Under the pieces are notes generated by a model that did no database searches, was not told the DNA's origin, and worked only from the letters and a program-made list of their open reading frames with translations. This document shows positions 16,329-24,842 of a stretch of DNA of 27,319 nt, one piece after another. Source of the DNA: Candidatus Heimdallarchaeota archaeon (GTDB taxonomy: Archaea; Asgardarchaeota; Heimdallarchaeia; Heimdallarchaeales; Kariarchaeaceae); contig WAKA01000015.1 in the NCBI GenBank assembly GCA_015523565.1, positions 1-27,319 on the forward strand. The letters are read 5' to 3'. Numbering within the stretch: position 1 is the stretch's first letter; the number at the start of each line of letters is the position of its first letter. The position numbers and the translations under genes were made by a program.

Positions 16329-18233
16329 GTGAAACAAAACCGAAACGACATGTTTCTTGTTACAATTGTCTTATTGTTTTTAATTCAGTCCATTACCAAC
16401 CTGATCAAATCAATTTATTTGATAGACCTCCTGAATACACAACTTGATGCGAATGTGTTGGGACTCCTCTTTCTTTTTGGCTCAATTTCCCTTTTTATCC
16501 CTCTTGATGATGAAATGATGCAAAAAATTACACTGTCGACAGGGATTGCATTCCGTCTTGTCTACCCTTTTTTTGAGACAACATTAAGGCTTATCCTATC
16601 TGGCTTTGCTGTTTTCCTGTTCATGGCAGGAACCCCTCTGCTCATAAGAAACAAAAGAAACGTGCTTCCAAATGCAATGGCGATAACCATACTTCTTTCG
16701 ATTCTTTTCAGAAGTGCTGGAATGACTCTTGATCTCTCCGAAATCGGCTGGGGTCAGATAGTGGCTTGGATCCTCGCAATTTTCGCTTTATATGCAATCT
16801 TGACTGATTCTGCACTTTCAGAAACCTACAATGGTGAAAATTCAAAGAGAGATGATAATGATGAAAAAAATATATGGTCAATCTACTCTTTTCTCGGAAT
16901 TCTTACTCTTGTGTATTTTGCCTATGGAAGTCCTAGTGTACTTGCAAGATGGGTTGACAGCAATTATCTTTTGATAATGTCTCTATTGCTTTTGTCCATT
17001 TTATTTTTTGTCTTTTCAGAACATTTTATGCTTAGAATCTACTCGAACTCCAGAATCCTTTTGTTCTCCAATTTTCTATTCCTTTCATCTTTGGTGGGCA
17101 CAATCCTTCTCAACCAAGTCCATTTCATTGATGAGGTTGGTGCCGCTCCTATTTATGCGCCTGCAAGTAATCTGCTGAATAATGGTGTTCTTTATGTGAA
17201 TCTTTTGTTTTTTCATGTTCTGCTTTTCGATTTGAAGACAATTTCAATTGGATTCCCCTATTCAAGGCAGTCGTTGGCAAAACATTTTACTATGGCTACC
17301 TTTATTTTCGTTGTTTTAGTCTTTATGAACATCTTCAGCAATGTTTGGGGTTATGTCGATCCTGTAAGCGGATACTTTAGGGGATTATTCTGGCTTCCCT
17401 TTGCCATTGCCACCATCCTTGTTTTCCCTGCTACCTTAAGGTCACACCCCCTTCCTAATGGGATTTCCCTATCCACAATCATATTGGTTCTATTGCTATC
17501 CCTTTCCTCTGTTGCATTTACCTTCTCATTTAATCGACCATTGACAGATACTTCCCCTAATCTTACTGTAATGACATTCAATATTCAACAGGGGACTGAC
17601 GCGGGGGGAAATTTCGGCCTCAAAAAACAACTTGACGTCATTAAATCCTTGAACCCTGACATAATTGGTTTGCAAGAATCAGATATCGCAAAAATAAACA
17701 CTGGGAATGTCGATGCAGTTAGATACTTTGCAGAAAACCTTGGATATTATTCTTACTATGGTCCCAAAACCGTGATGCAGACTTATGGTGTCTCATTGCT
17801 CTCCAGATATCCTATTGTTGATGCAAAAACATTCTATACCTATGGGGACAAGGATGAAATCGGCACTCTCCAAGCAAAAGTGGATATCAACGGTCTCATT
17901 GTCAATGTATTTGTCAATCATCCCGCTGGAAGCCAAAATGCAAAATGGGATCACCTTAACGCTGTTCTAAATGCAAGTGACCCCGAAACCTTTACCATCC
18001 TCATGGGTGATTTCAATTGGGATGAAACATCAAGCTTCTATAATAGAACTGTAGTTGATTATTTGGATACATGGAGGACTCTCTATCCCAATGGCAAAAA
18101 GGATGGTTTAAACATGTCTCGTACAATTGACCATATTTTCGTCTCGAAAAAATTCACCATTCTCAATGCAGATTACATAATGCAATCATACTCTGATCAT
18201 CCTGCCTATGTTTGTGAAATTATCCCAGCGTGA
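16329..18233 (+). CDS. Multi-pass membrane protein with C-terminal EEP (endonuclease/exonuclease/phosphatase) domain; Cwh43/PGAP2IP-like
   Basis: About 400 aa of TM helices, then VMTFNI, IIGLQESD, SLLSRYPI, MGDFN, IDHIF and SDHPA (EEP motifs). The segment GNVDAVRYFAENLGYYSYYGP resembles the Cwh43 C-terminal domain. Confidence 0.85.
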   Translation: MKQNRNDMFLVTIVLLFLIQSITNLIKSIYLIDLLNTQLDANVLGLLFLFGSISLFIPLDDEMMQKITLSTGIAFRLVYPFFETTLRLILSGFAVFLFMAGTPLLIRNKRNVLPNAMAITILLSILFRSAGMTLDLSEIGWGQIVAWILAIFALYAILTDSALSETYNGENSKRDDNDEKNIWSIYSFLGILTLVYFAYGSPSVLARWVDSNYLLIMSLLLLSILFFVFSEHFMLRIYSNSRILLFSNFLFLSSLVGTILLNQVHFIDEVGAAPIYAPASNLLNNGVLYVNLLFFHVLLFDLKTISIGFPYSRQSLAKHFTMATFIFVVLVFMNIFSNVWGYVDPVSGYFRGLFWLPFAIATILVFPATLRSHPLPNGISLSTIILVLLLSLSSVAFTFSFNRPLTDTSPNLTVMTFNIQQGTDAGGNFGLKKQLDVIKSLNPDIIGLQESDIAKINTGNVDAVRYFAENLGYYSYYGPKTVMQTYGVSLLSRYPIVDAKTFYTYGDKDEIGTLQAKVDINGLIVNVFVNHPAGSQNAKWDHLNAVLNASDPETFTILMGDFNWDETSSFYNRTVVDYLDTWRTLYPNGKKDGLNMSRTIDHIFVSKKFTILNADYIMQSYSDHPAYVCEIIPA

Positions 18234-19555
18234 TTGATGTGACTGACAAAATCCCTATTCCCAAAGAACTGCTTGAATGGACTATGCATTTCCCCTCATA
18301 CTATCTCCCCCTAAAGGATTATCCGCAAAAAATCCTCAAACAAATGCTCGCAGTAAGGGATGTTAAAATGGATTTTTCAAAATTCATGGAAATCGTGCAT
18401 GACATGTTTCAAGAAAAGATTCTTAAACATGGGATCCGCCTTTCACAAGAAGGTCTGAAAGATACAGGCATTATGGAACATTATTTCATCGACAAAATTC
18501 CTTCGCTCTATCCTGGAAAATTCATTAAAAAAGGGGATAAATGGGTTTTGAGAAGCATTTCCGCAAACAGGGAAAAAAACCTTAAAATGCTTTTTAGATA
18601 CCCCTTGGAAAACAATCAAATCAATTTCAAAAAAACAGTCCATCTTTTAAACTTCCTCCAAATCTGTAATACCTACCTGCTTCTAATAATGGTGCCTGAT
18701 CCAAAAGAAATCACTCCCGAAGAACTTGTCGTTGTCTCATCCATTACTGTCTTGCTCTTTCATAAGTATAGGCACCTGTTCCAATTAGCGCAGGGCAATT
18801 TGGAATTAGCCTCAATCTATTCATCCTTGATAACTCCCATCCTATACTTAGTCGAGCTTACTGGCAATCAATATTTCATGAACCTTGCATTCACCTTTAT
18901 TCTGATATTGGAAAGCATTATGTATACACAGGTAACATTCCATCAAGTCAACGCATTTTTGAGTCTTATCCCTGAACTCCATAAAATGAACCTTGGTTCC
19001 TCTTCCCTTGATGCTGTCATTGAGCTTCTGAAAATCGAGGGACATTTACCTCTCCCGACAAATATCCAAAGAAATTTTCATTCTCCACATACCGTCAACT
19101 TTACACATATCCTCCTGTCTGAAAACAAATTATTGCTCTCCTATAGGTGGAATGATGCGATTTTTCTTGGAAAATTGAATGGAAAATACGCATACCTTTC
19201 TTCAGAAACATTTTCCTTCAGGAAACAAGGGTATGATGTCCAAATTATCGGTTTTGAAAAAGTAAAAATTATGGATGCCAATTTTTCCCAAGTCCGAACC
19301 AGCCTTTCATTTCGAAATATCGAGATCCTCCCATATCTTCTCCCCAATCTCCCCAAAAAAAGTCCCCTTTTTGTCAACCCATTTCATACCCTTGTCGTTA
19401 ACTCTAAAACACGATTGGATATTGAAGAAGCAAAATATGTTGTTCAATATGACAACGATTTCTCTTATGTCATCCATGTAAACAGCCTTTCGCAAATCCC
19501 CCAACTCCATGAAAAACTAACTGCATTGGATATTGAGGATATATTTCTTGTTTGA
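18230..19555 (+). CDS. Hypothetical protein (441 aa), translationally coupled to the upstream EEP membrane protein
   Basis: Long ORF whose GTG start overlaps the upstream TGA (GTGA). It has a helical hydrophobic middle and a beta-rich C-terminus. No family recognised. Confidence 0.7.
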   Translation: MIDVTDKIPIPKELLEWTMHFPSYYLPLKDYPQKILKQMLAVRDVKMDFSKFMEIVHDMFQEKILKHGIRLSQEGLKDTGIMEHYFIDKIPSLYPGKFIKKGDKWVLRSISANREKNLKMLFRYPLENNQINFKKTVHLLNFLQICNTYLLLIMVPDPKEITPEELVVVSSITVLLFHKYRHLFQLAQGNLELASIYSSLITPILYLVELTGNQYFMNLAFTFILILESIMYTQVTFHQVNAFLSLIPELHKMNLGSSSLDAVIELLKIEGHLPLPTNIQRNFHSPHTVNFTHILLSENKLLLSYRWNDAIFLGKLNGKYAYLSSETFSFRKQGYDVQIIGFEKVKIMDANFSQVRTSLSFRNIEILPYLLPNLPKKSPLFVNPFHTLVVNSKTRLDIEEAKYVVQYDNDFSYVIHVNSLSQIPQLHEKLTALDIEDIFLV

Positions 19556-19627
19556 CCTTTTTACCTTCTTATCACTTTTCCACAGGGTAGTGAAAAAACT
19601 TTTTAACCTTCGTTGGAAAAAACACTT

Positions 19628-20716
19628 ATGAAAACTCATGCTCTAGTAATCCCCCTTTTAATCATTTTGATGATACAACCCGTATCTGGTCTTGAATTTG
19701 GGGTTAAGGAAGGAGATTCAATGTTTTTCGATCGAACACAACTGACAAAACGCATTGATTTCAAAGGAAATACATCCGAAATATTGTCCGAACTGGAATT
19801 TGAACAAGATGGAAATATTTCTGTTACTATTGACAGAATAGGCAATCAACATGTCATTGCAAAATACAGTTATCAGGATGGAATTTTCCATGAGGAAGAC
19901 AAAAACGCCAGCTTTACAACTTATGCAGGCTATTTTGACAGCTCAGTCTATATTCTAATATTGGGTTTGGATGGCAATGCATGCCCGTTCTTGAATTTTG
20001 ATTTTCTGCTGTACCCTGTTTCTGACATAAAGAATGATTGCATACGTGCAAATGTCATGGCTGGTTTACGCAATTCAAAAAATGATTTTGGCATTGACGT
20101 GTCTGCATCAATTGATTCAAAGGATTTTGTATTTAAAGAGGCGATCTCCTCAGTCAAGGTTTCCCTTTCATTTCTCTATCAGGCTTATAACCCTGATATC
20201 AGCACAAATGTTCTGTCCATGTTGGACGATATTTTTGTCAATATCAAGACAAGTGTTTACGGTGCATTCAATGAGAATTATATGATTGGCTATTTCCGCA
20301 CCATAACTATGACTGTTGTTGGTTCAATCGACAAAATCATAACTTTACCTTGGTCACGAGAATATCCCCATCCCATAGATACCTTATATAATTCGACCGA
20401 GGCCATTCTGATTGACCCAACAACAGGATGGTTTGATGAGGTTTTCACCAAAAATCAATATTGGAGCGTTTTTAGAGATGAATTTGACGTAATTACTGCT
20501 CGTTTCAGAACTTTTGAGGATCACATCTTAAGGGAAGGAAAAAGCAGTTTGGTTTTTGACCTTTCAAAATTAAAACCTGAACCAATCACTATTGTTGTTT
20601 CTAGTAATGAAACTGTCACTGTTTCCCAACAATCCCTCTCTTACCAAATGCAAACAATTGTTTTCTCACTGGCTTTTGTCACTGTTTTCATTGCATTGTC
20701 CAAGAAGAGAAAATGA
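19628..20716 (+). CDS. Secreted/cell-surface protein with signal peptide and C-terminal membrane anchor
   Basis: MKTHALVIPLLIILMIQPVSG signal peptide followed by FGVKEGD, several NxS/T sequons, an S/T/V-rich linker, and terminal TIVFSLAFVTVFIALSKKRK (TM plus basic tail). Confidence 0.82.
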   Translation: MKTHALVIPLLIILMIQPVSGLEFGVKEGDSMFFDRTQLTKRIDFKGNTSEILSELEFEQDGNISVTIDRIGNQHVIAKYSYQDGIFHEEDKNASFTTYAGYFDSSVYILILGLDGNACPFLNFDFLLYPVSDIKNDCIRANVMAGLRNSKNDFGIDVSASIDSKDFVFKEAISSVKVSLSFLYQAYNPDISTNVLSMLDDIFVNIKTSVYGAFNENYMIGYFRTITMTVVGSIDKIITLPWSREYPHPIDTLYNSTEAILIDPTTGWFDEVFTKNQYWSVFRDEFDVITARFRTFEDHILREGKSSLVFDLSKLKPEPITIVVSSNETVTVSQQSLSYQMQTIVFSLAFVTVFIALSKKRK

Positions 20717-20719
20717 AAT

Positions 20720-21196
20720 CTAATTCTCCCTCAATTTTGCAATGAATTCCATCAATCTATCTTCATTGTCATTGATGTCAAAAAAATCAAATATCCCAAA
20801 AGACATGCACTTTCGCCGTATCTCCTCAAAATTTTCTTTTAACTCAATATCCATGCAGTCTACAGAAACTGCAATTTTTGCCTTTGGATATGTCCTCCTA
20901 ATCATCAATACCAAGTTTTCCAATTCTGAAACTGTTTTCATTGAATCAATTTGAAGAATGACTGCATTTGTGCCAATAAAGAATCTCTTTAGAATTGGTC
21001 TTGTCCTGTCAGAAAGATAGACATCCCAGATATTCACCAATACCTTTTCTCCTTTCATTTCCATTTCTTTTTGCCTATAATCAAACCCTGTCTCTGAAAG
21101 GTCTTCTCTCAAAAAATAGCTTGAAATGTGCCTTGAAAGCCTGTTTTTCGTAAAAGGTTCTGAAGAAATGTATGAGATCTTGACTTGTGATTTCAA
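20720..21196 (-). CDS. Degenerate Rab/Ras-like small GTPase-fold protein (probable pseudoGTPase)
   Basis: The order and spacing of KISYISSEPFTKN, TGFDYRQK, VNIWDV, RFFIGTNAVILQID and VSVDCMD mirror Rab G1-G4 and RabF regions, but the nucleotide-binding residues are substituted. Confidence 0.75.
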   Translation of the reverse strand: MKSQVKISYISSEPFTKNRLSRHISSYFLREDLSETGFDYRQKEMEMKGEKVLVNIWDVYLSDRTRPILKRFFIGTNAVILQIDSMKTVSELENLVLMIRRTYPKAKIAVSVDCMDIELKENFEEIRRKCMSFGIFDFFDINDNEDRLMEFIAKLREN

Positions 21197-21241
21197 TTTG
21201 CTTATATTACCTCGACAAAAAATATAAGCTTTCTAGAATTT

Positions 21242-22612
21242 TCACCGATCGCTTTTTTCCCATAGGTTTTTCATGACCATGATCGATGCTATGACTCCAT
21301 TCTTGAAATATTCTATGTCAAGATTTTCATTTGGTGCATGATTGTTTTCGTCTGGAAGTGCATAAGGAACAAGAAATGTAGGTGACCCTAAAATTTTTGG
21401 AAAAAGGTAAATGGGAAGAGATCCTCCCAATCTTGGCACCAATATTGCAGGCTTTTCAAATCCTTCTTCCAACCCTTGCTTGATTATTTCCAAATGTGGC
21501 GATATCAATGATGATTGTACCGGTTCCATTGACGCTTCAAATTTCACTTTCACATATTTTGTTATCCCATTTTCTTCTGCCCAATTCATGACATGGTTCT
21601 GGATTTTTCCTTTTATTGTTTCTGAATCCATGTTTGGCACCAGCCTACAATCAACTGACGCCTTGGCGATACCTGGAATTATTGTCCTCCTGTTCTCATC
21701 AACCCCTCCAGCTTGTAACCCATTAATATTGAATGTAGGATACATTTGGTTTAGGTACTTGTTATCCTTTCCATCGATGTATGGTGCGGCAACAATCCCT
21801 CTCCCTTGAATGATTTCCTTATAAATTTCCTCAAGATCATTCAAAAACTCTAACTCTATCTCACTAGGTTCACCTACATCATCATAAAATCCTTCAACTT
21901 TGCATCTACCGTTTTGCTCAACCATTGAATTCAATAACTTGACAATCTCAAGGACGGCTGACCTGCCAATCCCTCCAAAATTGCCAGAATGCAGATCCTG
22001 TCCAAAATCAATTGTGATTTGAAATCCCAATATGCCCCTCACAGAACCAACAATTGTAGGTCTTCGCATGTGCAATGCAGGTCCGTCTGATACAATGATG
22101 AGGTCGCTTTCCAGTTTCCTTCTGTTTTTCTCAAGCACATTTTTCATGGTGAACGATCCCCTCTCCTCATCCCCATCCAAAATGAATTTAATATTTAATC
22201 CCTCATGGATCTCTGGCATTTCCTCCTTCAAGTACCTTAGTGCCAACAGATGCGCATAATGCTGTCCCTTGTTGTCTGCGCTTCCTCTTCCCCATAATTT
22301 CCCTTCCGATATCCTTGGTTCAAATGGTGGATACTGCCATAACCTTAAATCCCCTGGCGGTTGTACATCATAATGTCCATAAATCAATATTGACTTGCCT
22401 GATCCTTCATTGTTGGCAATAATGACTGGATTTCCTGATGTCTCTATTGCCTGTGGTTTCAATCCACCCTTTTTCAGCAGTTCTTGTGCGAATTCTTTTG
22501 CATTTTCAATGCCCTCCCTATTTGCACTGACACTTGGGATTTTGACATATTCCTTCAATTCCCCTTGCCAGTCAATTGTATCCATCCATTCCAATATCTT
22601 GTTTCTCAACAT
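21242..22612 (-). CDS. M20/M25/M40-family metallopeptidase (dipeptidase/ArgE-DapE-like)
   Basis: YGHYDVQP, GRGSADNKG, DGDEERGS, DLHSG, GGSLP and HAPNEN. Confidence 0.94.
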   Translation of the reverse strand: MLRNKILEWMDTIDWQGELKEYVKIPSVSANREGIENAKEFAQELLKKGGLKPQAIETSGNPVIIANNEGSGKSILIYGHYDVQPPGDLRLWQYPPFEPRISEGKLWGRGSADNKGQHYAHLLALRYLKEEMPEIHEGLNIKFILDGDEERGSFTMKNVLEKNRRKLESDLIIVSDGPALHMRRPTIVGSVRGILGFQITIDFGQDLHSGNFGGIGRSAVLEIVKLLNSMVEQNGRCKVEGFYDDVGEPSEIELEFLNDLEEIYKEIIQGRGIVAAPYIDGKDNKYLNQMYPTFNINGLQAGGVDENRRTIIPGIAKASVDCRLVPNMDSETIKGKIQNHVMNWAEENGITKYVKVKFEASMEPVQSSLISPHLEIIKQGLEEGFEKPAILVPRLGGSLPIYLFPKILGSPTFLVPYALPDENNHAPNENLDIEYFKNGVIASIMVMKNLWEKSDR

Positions 22613-22645
22613 TTGAAATGTAATTTCAAGTTGAAGTCATCAATC

Positions 22646-22777
22646 TTTCCATTAGACTAGTTTCCTATTGGATAAAAGAGGCAATTCCCATTGGATAAAA
22701 AAAGCTAGTCTCCTATTGAATAAAAAAAGGAGTTCTCCATTAGATAAAAAGGAAATTCCCATTGAATAAATGAGAGG
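22646..22777 (+). repeat. Tandem array of five imperfect ~22-25-bp direct repeats plus one partial copy
   Basis: The core YCYATTRRATAAA has its ATT at 22667, 22690, 22715, 22739 and 22761 (partial copy at 22651). Each core is followed by an A/G-rich tract. The array lies between divergent genes. Confidence 0.88.
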
Positions 22778-22883
22778 TTTTTTCTTTATCTTGAAATCCA
22801 TTGTCGGCAGATCCCTATGAAAAATAGCTCGATGATGCAATGTTATCGCAGGACTTAATTAACCAAATGCGATATGTCAATTA

Positions 22884-23459
22884 TTGTATTTACTAGGTCA
22901 TACTGCAACAGGAGTTATGCTGGGATTAATTGCCAACAAAATTACAAAAAATGAGTCAAAAAAAACGCCTTTCATAGGTGCCTTCTCTGCTATGATCCCT
23001 GACCTTATTGACAAACCTATAGGATCCATTTTCTTCGGGACAGGTAGGTGGATTGGTCATTCACTTCTCTTCATCAACCTTTTTGGCTTAACCCTTGTCT
23101 TGACGAAAGACTTTTGGATATCCAAAATGGAAAGATATTTTGGGGACATTCCATCTTTTACCCCCTATTTGATATGGATCGGTATGTATCTGCATCTTTT
23201 AGGTGACATGCCTACCATATCACCAATCGTCATTTTTTGGCCCCTTTTAGGTGATTTTCCCATAGGGCACACCAATGATTTCCTCAAGGGAATCCAAAAC
23301 CCAATCACGGAAATCACTGAAGCAGCAGGGTTTATTTTCTATGTTTATTGGGGATGGAAAGAACAGTGGAAAAGACAACATTGGCTTTATTTCTCCATTT
23401 TCATTCTTGGTTATATGTCACTCTTTCTCTTGCTATGGATTTTACTTGTTGGTTTCTAA
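22884..23459 (+). CDS. Membrane-bound metal-dependent hydrolase (YdjM/DUF457-like)
   Basis: GH near the N-terminus, PDLIDK, GHSLL and LHLLGD motifs within TM helices. Confidence 0.85.
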   Translation: MYLLGHTATGVMLGLIANKITKNESKKTPFIGAFSAMIPDLIDKPIGSIFFGTGRWIGHSLLFINLFGLTLVLTKDFWISKMERYFGDIPSFTPYLIWIGMYLHLLGDMPTISPIVIFWPLLGDFPIGHTNDFLKGIQNPITEITEAAGFIFYVYWGWKEQWKRQHWLYFSIFILGYMSLFLLLWILLVGF

Positions 23460-23549
23460 ATCATTACTCTTTCATTTTCCGTTTCTCAGCTGCCAATAAC
23501 TGAAAGTACGAATTTTTTTCGCTTTAGTTCATTCTCAAATCATGATATG

Positions 23550-23556
23550 TTTAAAT
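23550..23556 (+). promoter_or_regulatory. Candidate TATA box for the RtcB-like/GDPD operon
   Basis: TTTAAAT lies about 27-33 bp upstream of TTG 23583, typical spacing for a leaderless archaeal transcript. Confidence 0.45.
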
Positions 23557-23582
23557 TCCAAAGATAAAAAATAACGAAAGAG

Positions 23583-24842
23583 TTGATTAAAATGCTCATA
23601 AAAAAAATTGAGTTGGGTTATTCCAATGCCCATCCCGAATTCCATCCTTGGATTGAAAAAGCAAGGGCAAGGATATTCTCCATTGCCGCAGGAACCAGGA
23701 TGGGAATGGTCGCTCCAAGAATCATGGAGATTGGCTATGCAAAGCTACTTTATGCCGCAACTGAACTTGGTGTTGACATTGATTCAACTAAAACCTTTGT
23801 TTTCTTTGCTCCTGATGGGACTTGCTCTCTCAATATTGAACGTACGAAAAGGGGATTTTCTTATGGGGGCATCCTTTCCACCACGTTTGATGGATTGATG
23901 GGAACCAATAACTCAATGCCTAACGGCTGTGGGTTTTCAATCTACAAGTTGAATGAGGATATCAATGATGAAACTCTCATTGAAAAAATGAAGGAGGCTC
24001 AATGTAGGCTTGGTGAAGAAGAACTGAAACAACTCGGCAAAGGGAATCATTTTGCAGGCATGTATCGTGTCAAGGATCCAGTCTCTGGAGAAGACCTAAA
24101 TATGAGGTATCTTGTTGTTCACTGTTCAGGTCATGTCGGTGGTGAATTGCTGTATTTCCCCGATACATGGCTTGCTGACAAGGAAGGCTTCCATAAGATT
24201 GAAACTCCCCATGGGCCGATCATCTTTTTGGAAGGTGAGGCTAGGGGGCTTTATGTGAATCAGTTCAAGAAAACTGAAGCATCAAATTCTCAAAACCGTG
24301 ATCACACAGCCTCAGAAATATTCCATGACTTGGATTTTATCAGGTTGGAAAGCATTACCCATCAAGGACTCTTGGATAATGGGAAATACCATCTGATAGG
24401 TACACAAAAGCATGACAGCATGGCTCCAATCGCATTTAATCCCGAAGAGGGACTTGTTGCGGCAATCCGTCGCCACAATCTTTCCAAAGAATTCTTGGAC
24501 AATTGGGAACATGGTCAGAGGGCAAAAGACTTTGGAATTGAAAAAGAATTGATGAACCTTGACATAACCCCGCATGGTGGAGGATATGAATCTAGATTTC
24601 CCATAAACTACTTGAAAGTTAACCTTGACAAAAATGGTATTGCTTCATTTGATATGCAACTCAAAGATAAACATCCCATGAATTTCCCCACCTTCAGGCA
24701 TGTCCGCGAGTGGTTGACTTATCGCAGAAAATGGGAAATAATGAGGGTGGTGGCTAAGACTGATTTGGCTGATATTCTGTTTGACCTTGAACCATTAATG
24801 CAAGTTTATCCAATAAAATCAATCCCTGGTGGTCAAGGATGA
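23583..24842 (+). CDS. Divergent RtcB-fold (RNA 3'-phosphate/5'-OH ligase-like) protein
   Basis: Collinear RtcB motifs: APDG...FSYGG, PNGCG, QLGKGNHF, VVHCSG, NR, THQ, PHGGG, TYR and LEPL. Start is TTG 23583 or ATG 23592. Confidence 0.78.
   Translation: MIKMLIKKIELGYSNAHPEFHPWIEKARARIFSIAAGTRMGMVAPRIMEIGYAKLLYAATELGVDIDSTKTFVFFAPDGTCSLNIERTKRGFSYGGILSTTFDGLMGTNNSMPNGCGFSIYKLNEDINDETLIEKMKEAQCRLGEEELKQLGKGNHFAGMYRVKDPVSGEDLNMRYLVVHCSGHVGGELLYFPDTWLADKEGFHKIETPHGPIIFLEGEARGLYVNQFKKTEASNSQNRDHTASEIFHDLDFIRLESITHQGLLDNGKYHLIGTQKHDSMAPIAFNPEEGLVAAIRRHNLSKEFLDNWEHGQRAKDFGIEKELMNLDITPHGGGYESRFPINYLKVNLDKNGIASFDMQLKDKHPMNFPTFRHVREWLTYRRKWEIMRVVAKTDLADILFDLEPLMQVYPIKSIPGGQG

Noticed and set aside
22646-22777. 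CRISPR array interpretation of the repeat cluster
   Set aside because: The units are directly tandem at a 22-25-bp period, imperfect, have no 30-40-bp unique spacers, and no cas genes are present.
22652-22840. 62-aa minus-strand ORF across the repeat array
   Set aside because: It is a low-complexity translation of the DNA repeats. The unit lengths are not consistent multiples of three, so the repeat is not maintained at protein level.
23583-24842. Assigning the gene symbol rtcB
   Set aside because: Several conserved RtcB positions are substituted, so orthology and RNA ligase function cannot be assumed.
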